Positions 58,615 through 64,000 of a DNA stretch of 64,000 nt are shown one piece after another. A program made the translations under genes and the position numbers. Position 1 is the stretch's first letter; every line of letters begins with the position of its first letter. This DNA comes from a bacterium (GTDB taxonomy: Bacteria; Fidelibacterota; Fidelibacteria; Fidelibacterales; Fidelibacteraceae): assembly GCA_963676395.1 (NCBI GenBank), contig OY781066.1, forward strand, positions 1,312,001 through 1,376,000, in the 5' to 3' direction. The notes beneath the pieces are model-generated. The model was not told the DNA's origin. It saw only the letters and a list, made by a program, of their open reading frames with translations, and made no database searches.

Positions 58615-61600
58615 TTAGAAATATGCCTTTACTTCTACATTTGCGGTCAAGATAGCTTTTTGTTCTGCTCTTTTCCTATATTGTAAGAAAGAACCTGCAG
58701 ATAGAAATTGATTGATTCGTTTTTCGTAACGGACTGCCGTTGACCAGGACAAGCCAACAGGTAAACCGTTTGCGGTTTCATAGGGTAGCGCCCCGCTATG
58801 ATCCGAACTGACAAAATCGATAGTTGTACTTATAAAGAGTCGTTCACCTGCAATTCGATACCAGATCCAATCGTTTTTAATTTGGAACCAATCTGTTGAA
58901 AAGTTGCTTTCGTGATCTGTGATTATATGTTCAAGCTTGGTATCTATCGAAGCTCGTAAAGTTTTTGAAAACAGGTATTCACATTCAAGGCCAACACCAT
59001 TTGAAAGTGTTTTAACGTGATAAGTGCCTACGGGTAACCGTTGCCTGTCTTGTTGTTCGTTTAAATAATACACATTGAGGGTCAGCTTATCTGGTTTAAA
59101 TCGGTATTTTATCTGGGTATTTGTTTTAATATTAATGTTTTCGTTATAGGTTGTTTGGAAATTTTGCGACTGAATATCTTCTCGTAAAATACTAAAACGA
59201 TGTTTACCATCCGGTCGTGAGAAAAGCAGTTCGTGTCGTAATCTTATATTGCCAAGAAATACTGAAGTATCGGGATCATTGAGATCAAGTGGGTGATAGA
59301 GCAGTAGATCCTCGGACCTGAAATCTGTTGAGGCTTTATGAAAGAATTGAAGTTTTAATGTCTTCCATTGTTTTTTCCATTTAAGCGATGAGCTTAACTT
59401 GCTTACATATTGGTCTCTGCGTTCATTGGTGAGTTCGGAGCTTAATATAAAGTTCCCCATCTCATCCGGGACATACTGTCCGAATTCATCTAAGCGGTAG
59501 TAACCGAGTCCATCGCCAACAAAGATAAATACGGCTTCGCGTTTTGATTCGGAATTTCTATTAATAGCTGATTTAAGTGATGCTTTTATACCTGGTTTTT
59601 TAAGATATATATTAAGCTGAGTATTTGTTAGTATGTACTGCTGGGCACCTGCCTCTCTTTGGTCATAGCGATACGATGCTGTCGTGTTCCAGCGCAGAGC
59701 ATTCTTGAAAAAACCTTGGTCGAATTTAAGGGATGCATCATGTTTCCGGGAATAAGATAAAAAGCTTGAATCTGCACTTGACCAATTATAATCATTTCTA
59801 TAGGTATAATCTAAACTCCAGATACCTAAGGTGACGCCGCTTTTAAACAATTCGGCCCGATAAGCCTTAGCTGATGTAAAGATGGGCTCAAAATTATCTT
59901 TAAGAAATGATGCGTGAAAGCTTAGTGATTTTGCAAGCGGTACTTGTGTACTTAATTCATAGCTATAATAGGGGAGTAGTACGCTTTTTAACAAGTTGGA
60001 GCTTTTAAGGCTTATACTGGCATCCTTGATGTTTATTTTTGCCTTGTTATTCAAGCGAACTCTTTTTTCATCCTGAGTGTTTACAAGATATTCAACAGCA
60101 CTTTGTATATCGAAGTCCTTATTGTTGAATGCTGCGTTAAGGTTTATATTTTGAATAAAAGTATCCAGGCTTGAAAATCCAAAGTATCGTTCCATATCCG
60201 GTTGCGTGATTGTCATAAAGGATCGATAATTTTGATCCATGTACCAACCATCAGATGAAATAGTCAGGTTTTTTCCGATAGGAAGTGCCGTATCCCATTT
60301 GAATGCCGGGGAGACTTGGCTTTGCCTTGAATCGTAATTATTTTCATTATAACCCGAATAAGCTGCATCGATCAAAGCATGTGCGGTATTTTTTTGTCCC
60401 AGTTCAACATTCATAGATGCTATCCAATGGGTATTGGGTAAGGTGATCTTTCGTCTTGGAAAATATTGTGATAAAGGATCTTCGGGAGCGTAGGTGTAGA
60501 ACATTTTTCCTTCGGCTGTATACTGCCTTATATAACCGCCATTAGTATTTTCTCTATAGAAGTATACGGTATGGGATCCCTGGTCTTCTCCGACATAAAC
60601 CCATGTATTGCCGGAAGCATCATAATCTCCTGAAGTATCTTTAAGTGCGGTAGAGATGGTAAATATTCCGTCTGTGGTAGAGATGTTCGATAAAGAATCT
60701 GATGAAATATTTGCCAGATGAATATCTAGGGGGTTATTTTCATCATCTTTTTCCCGAATATATGATGCGGAAATTTTTACATTTTTCCCAAAACGCCAAG
60801 ATGAGTTGGCACCCATGGATGAACGGGAAAAGAATTCATTTACATAATTAAATTCTGCAACAATCCGCGATGATGATGCGATTAAAAGCTCAGATGAAAA
60901 GTATAATTCCGCATCGCTGTAGTACAATGTATACTGAGATCGTTCAAGCAGTGTACCATCAATATAGATCTTTTCGGATTCCGGTACGATTTGGATCGCA
61001 TTATCACCATCGTTACCATGAAGACGGTAAGGACCTTGATCGGCTTCTCGGGCTGTGATTTCTTGTCGGATATATTTACCTCGAGCCGATCCGACAAACG
61101 CCTCACCACTATAGCGTTCACCCTTATATGCTGTTTGAGCACCGATTAATTTGCGGTTAAAGCGACTCCAATAACTCCATAAAGGGTTGATATAGATATC
61201 TCCGATATTTGCATCCAATTTATCGGAGTAAATTCTGATAAGTACATTGTCGACATCTTTTACCGATTGTGTGGACGAATAATCATCAAAGGGTGCATCA
61301 TTGTCATTGATTACACCATTAATTTTAACGCCGGGCGCCAATTCGCCGTTAAGGCGTATATCTAAACCTCCGCTGAGTAGGCTTTGTCCAGATGATCCGA
61401 TCTCGATCTTTCGGGAAACCGATCCACGTGTTTTAATACTTGAGCTTTCACCGGTTTTTCCTATGCTTTTGCTTTCTTGGGAAGGAAACCATTCATTAAT
61501 TTGCCCAATTCCAAGTGATCGTTTTTTTGGGGCCGAGATCTCAGAATAATGGTATTTGACGAATATTGTATCATTGTTATGAGGGCTTTGCAAGAGGATG

Positions 61601-61797
61601 AGTCTGCCATTCGTTGGATCACTGATATAATTAAGGCCATCGGGAACCGAAATGGAATCAATGGAGATCATAGCATGAGAAAGAGAATAGATCGTTCTAT
61701 CTGTAGAAAGCAGGAGTTGTTCGGAATGCACACCTCCGAAGGTAAAAGTAAATAGTAGACTACAAAGAATGATCGGTAAAAATTTTCGGACTGTCAT
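58615..61797 (-). CDS. Large outer-membrane protein with SprA-like N-terminal segments
   Basis: Signal peptide, C-terminal ANVEVKAYF barrel signature; motif similarity to the SprA in this window. Confidence 0.55.
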   Translation of the reverse strand: MTVRKFLPIILCSLLFTFTFGGVHSEQLLLSTDRTIYSLSHAMISIDSISVPDGLNYISDPTNGRLILLQSPHNNDTIFVKYHYSEISAPKKRSLGIGQINEWFPSQESKSIGKTGESSSIKTRGSVSRKIEIGSSGQSLLSGGLDIRLNGELAPGVKINGVINDNDAPFDDYSSTQSVKDVDNVLIRIYSDKLDANIGDIYINPLWSYWSRFNRKLIGAQTAYKGERYSGEAFVGSARGKYIRQEITAREADQGPYRLHGNDGDNAIQIVPESEKIYIDGTLLERSQYTLYYSDAELYFSSELLIASSSRIVAEFNYVNEFFSRSSMGANSSWRFGKNVKISASYIREKDDENNPLDIHLANISSDSLSNISTTDGIFTISTALKDTSGDYDASGNTWVYVGEDQGSHTVYFYRENTNGGYIRQYTAEGKMFYTYAPEDPLSQYFPRRKITLPNTHWIASMNVELGQKNTAHALIDAAYSGYNENNYDSRQSQVSPAFKWDTALPIGKNLTISSDGWYMDQNYRSFMTITQPDMERYFGFSSLDTFIQNINLNAAFNNKDFDIQSAVEYLVNTQDEKRVRLNNKAKINIKDASISLKSSNLLKSVLLPYYSYELSTQVPLAKSLSFHASFLKDNFEPIFTSAKAYRAELFKSGVTLGIWSLDYTYRNDYNWSSADSSFLSYSRKHDASLKFDQGFFKNALRWNTTASYRYDQREAGAQQYILTNTQLNIYLKKPGIKASLKSAINRNSESKREAVFIFVGDGLGYYRLDEFGQYVPDEMGNFILSSELTNERRDQYVSKLSSSLKWKKQWKTLKLQFFHKASTDFRSEDLLLYHPLDLNDPDTSVFLGNIRLRHELLFSRPDGKHRFSILREDIQSQNFQTTYNENINIKTNTQIKYRFKPDKLTLNVYYLNEQQDRQRLPVGTYHVKTLSNGVGLECEYLFSKTLRASIDTKLEHIITDHESNFSTDWFQIKNDWIWYRIAGERLFISTTIDFVSSDHSGALPYETANGLPVGLSWSTAVRYEKRINQFLSAGSFLQYRKRAEQKAILTANVEVKAYF

Positions 61798-62579
61798 GGC
61801 AGGTAATGTATGGCTCCATCTCGAGTGATCACGCGATATGCCGAAGTTGAGGGTTGATCGACGTAAATTACATGTTCAATATCACCTAAATAACGAAGCA
61901 AATCGCTATGGGGTTTCCATAAAAATATGCTATTGTTAGAGGTAAGAATAAACCCTTGTTCAGTTAGTGGGAAAAGCCGAGAAACGCTGATGCTGTCCGG
62001 GATGCCGAATTCATTTAATGCATTGCCGATATTGTCACAAATGATCAACTTGTTTTTGCTCTTTTCGTGGATCAAGATCATATCTTTAATGGAAAAAAGT
62101 TCAATGTCAGGAGCAAAGTTTTTACTGCCCCATACCTGGGGATATATTTCCCCGCTGTGTATTTGGACGACCTGTTCACGAAACTCATCATAAATAAGCC
62201 AATCGTGTTCAGAACTGACCGTAAATGCTGAGGGTGAAAGAATATCTTCATGCAAGGGAGTGATGGTATGTAGGTTTAAAAAACGATCCCAGGTAATAAT
62301 CTTGCGAGTTCCGGTGTCTAAGAGATGAATGCGGTCCGGGTCTTCGATTACTGGTTTTAGGGGGTTTTCTAAGCTTATTTTTGCACCTAAAGCATTATCG
62401 GTAAATGTGTTGATTAACGAGTCTGCACGAAAACACCCCAGCTCATTACGATGCATAGACAGGGCAATAAGTTCTCCGAAAGAATTTTTGGCGATCTCAT
62501 CCCAGCTTCCGATGTTTTGGGCAAAAAGCGGAAAACATAAGGCCAGGAGAGCTATTGTGATGTTAAGGATACGTTTCAT
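61794..62579 (-). CDS. Secreted beta-propeller-like (NHL-like) hypothetical protein
   Basis: Signal peptide MKRILN...LFA-Q; repeated IHLLD/WLIYD-type strands; ATGA overlap with the downstream gene. Confidence 0.55.
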   Translation of the reverse strand: MKRILNITIALLALCFPLFAQNIGSWDEIAKNSFGELIALSMHRNELGCFRADSLINTFTDNALGAKISLENPLKPVIEDPDRIHLLDTGTRKIITWDRFLNLHTITPLHEDILSPSAFTVSSEHDWLIYDEFREQVVQIHSGEIYPQVWGSKNFAPDIELFSIKDMILIHEKSKNKLIICDNIGNALNEFGIPDSISVSRLFPLTEQGFILTSNNSIFLWKPHSDLLRYLGDIEHVIYVDQPSTSAYRVITRDGAIHYLP

Positions 62580-62831
62580 GAGTAAAACTACAAACCCTAA
62601 AGGGAAGAGACAAGAGACAAATCCCAAGATACAATTGAGAGTTGATGAAAGAAAATACAATAAAAAGTCACAAAACACCGGGTTAATAATTTAAAATTTT
62701 CAAAGCACTCTCTTACAACAAAGCACATAATACAATATCCGATCATTTCAACGATTCAACTTTTTAATTATTTCCTGCGCTTTGCTGAATATTATTCTTC
62801 CATATTATCATCAATCATCTTAGATTTTATT

Positions 62832-63434
62832 ATGTTAATCGTATCGGCACTAAATATAGAGATCGCCCCGGTAGTAAATGCTTTAAAAGCAAAAAAGGTG
62901 AGATCATATAGTAATAAAACACCTTTGTTCCGCTCTAAAAAACATGATATTTTGGTTGTCGGCGTTGGTCCGTCTATGGCAGAACGTACACTTCTTGCCT
63001 ATCTTGAAGAGCATACACCCGATCGCATTTTAAATGCCGGGACTGCCGGGAAAATGATCGAGGGACTTGAGATCGGCAAAGTATATCAGGTTGATGCGGT
63101 CATGACGGATACCGAACCTGAGATAGAACTTGATAGCTTACTTGAAGACACAGGCGAAAAGTGTTTGTCTTTACGCCGTGCTTTAACTGATAATGTTCAG
63201 CGTGATCGTTCCAGGGAAGAATTCGGGACAAGCTTAGCTGATATGGAATGTTACACCATTGCTAAGATCGCAAAGGACAAAGGTATTCCAATGTCGGCGA
63301 TGAAGGTGGTCAGTGATTTTGCCGACTGTGAAAGTCGTGAGATGTTTCAGGAGCATATTGACATGGTTTCAAAGGCACTTTGTGAAGAAGTAGTGGTAAT
63401 TCTTGAAAGCATGAAAGCCAACTCAAAGAATTAA
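62832..63434 (+). CDS. Nucleoside phosphorylase / MTA-SAH nucleosidase-family protein
   Basis: GVG, NAGTAG, DMEC, KVVSD.AD motifs. Confidence 0.75.
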   Translation: MLIVSALNIEIAPVVNALKAKKVRSYSNKTPLFRSKKHDILVVGVGPSMAERTLLAYLEEHTPDRILNAGTAGKMIEGLEIGKVYQVDAVMTDTEPEIELDSLLEDTGEKCLSLRRALTDNVQRDRSREEFGTSLADMECYTIAKIAKDKGIPMSAMKVVSDFADCESREMFQEHIDMVSKALCEEVVVILESMKANSKN

Positions 63435-63464
63435 GAAGTAGTATCAATAAAGGGAGTGAAAAAG

Positions 63465-63725
63465 ATGAAAAAGACAAGTTTGCTTATTCTTGTAGGTAAA
63501 AGAAAAGAATCTGCCGTAAAATTGCAGCAGGTACTCACAGCCTGGGGCTGCCTGATTAAAACCCGCTTGGGTTTGCATGCAGGTGTTATGGAAGACTGTA
63601 CTGAAACCGGTTTTCTTTATCTTGAACTTTATGGTTCAGATGAAGACAATGCCGAATTGGCACGTAAGGTCGCTGTTATTCCAGGCGTTGAATCAAAATT
63701 GGTTATACTTGAAAACAAAGAATAA
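63465..63725 (+). CDS. TM1266-like small ACT-fold protein (iron-only hydrogenase regulator-like)
   Basis: R...A..LQ.VLT..G..IKTRLGLH...C...G...LEL pattern; GGGAG RBS. Confidence 0.6.
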   Translation: MKKTSLLILVGKRKESAVKLQQVLTAWGCLIKTRLGLHAGVMEDCTETGFLYLELYGSDEDNAELARKVAVIPGVESKLVILENKE

Positions 63726-63837
63726 AGACCTGTAACGTTGATCCACCCAAGAAGAATGCAGGTGGAAAGCCACCGGGTTTAAAAAACATGTATTATATTG
63801 AATATTGACTGATTAATTAATTCGGATAGGAGTTGTT

Positions 63838-64000
63838 ATGGAACTTTTTCGTCCTGAAGCCACTGAGCAAGCTTTAAGCATTTTGCGTACCGGAGATAAT
63901 TTCAATTGGACCGTGATTACCTTACTTGCCTTTGTTGTTTTTGTTTATATGAGTGAGATCGAAAAGAAAAACTGGAAGGCGGTTGCTGCAGGTTTAGCTT
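63838..64000 (+). CDS. Membrane protein, 3'-truncated by window edge
   Basis: AGGAG RBS; open frame MELFRPEATEQALSILRTGDNFNWTVITLLAFVVFVYMSEIEKKNWKAVAAGLA with a TM stretch. Confidence 0.65.
   Translation, partial: MELFRPEATEQALSILRTGDNFNWTVITLLAFVVFVYMSEIEKKNWKAVAAGLA

Noticed and set aside
63727..63783. TCCACC...GGTGGAAAGCCACCGGGTTTAA as a possible riboswitch (c-di-GMP-I-like fragment)
   Set aside because: Lacks the GGCAAAC/GAAA-tetraloop core; an Rfam/Infernal scan would be needed.
1..64000. CRISPR array, rRNA, prophage or classical IS transposase
   Set aside because: No regularly spaced direct repeats, rRNA-like sequence, phage genes or DDE/Y1/serine transposase motifs were found.

Overview
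AT-rich bacterial chromosomal window of mostly housekeeping genes: tyrS (partial), tilS-hpt-ftsH-folP-cdaA, ahcY, pcrA/uvrD, rdgB, rmuC, fprA, mutS2, priA, trpR-trpB, tRNA-Leu(CAG), rlmD, uvrC and ssb. It also carries type IX secretion-like envelope genes (a C25 peptidase/PorU-like gene plus a PorV-like gene, and SprA followed by a glutaminyl-cyclase-like M28 enzyme). Clear AGGAG-type Shine-Dalgarno sites suggest an FCB-group organism outside Bacteroidota (inference only). The most striking unexplained structure is a 475-bp cassette (36168-36642) between priA and mutS2. In it a small GIY-YIG nuclease gene is flanked by two inverted 44/45-nt palindromic repeats with identical outer arms and different but fully paired inner hairpins, like a RAYT/REP locus with a GIY-YIG enzyme in place of the transposase. 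Other items worth checking: CRP-like TGTGA-N6-TCACA boxes at three DNA-repair genes, a class III cyclase with non-canonical specificity residues, an intact but degenerate PurL paralog, a half-sized SprA-like protein next to an Omp85-like gene, and tandem chitin-binding LVIVD lipoproteins. No CRISPR array, rRNA, integrase or classical transposase was seen. All calls come from reading motifs by eye; no database search was run.
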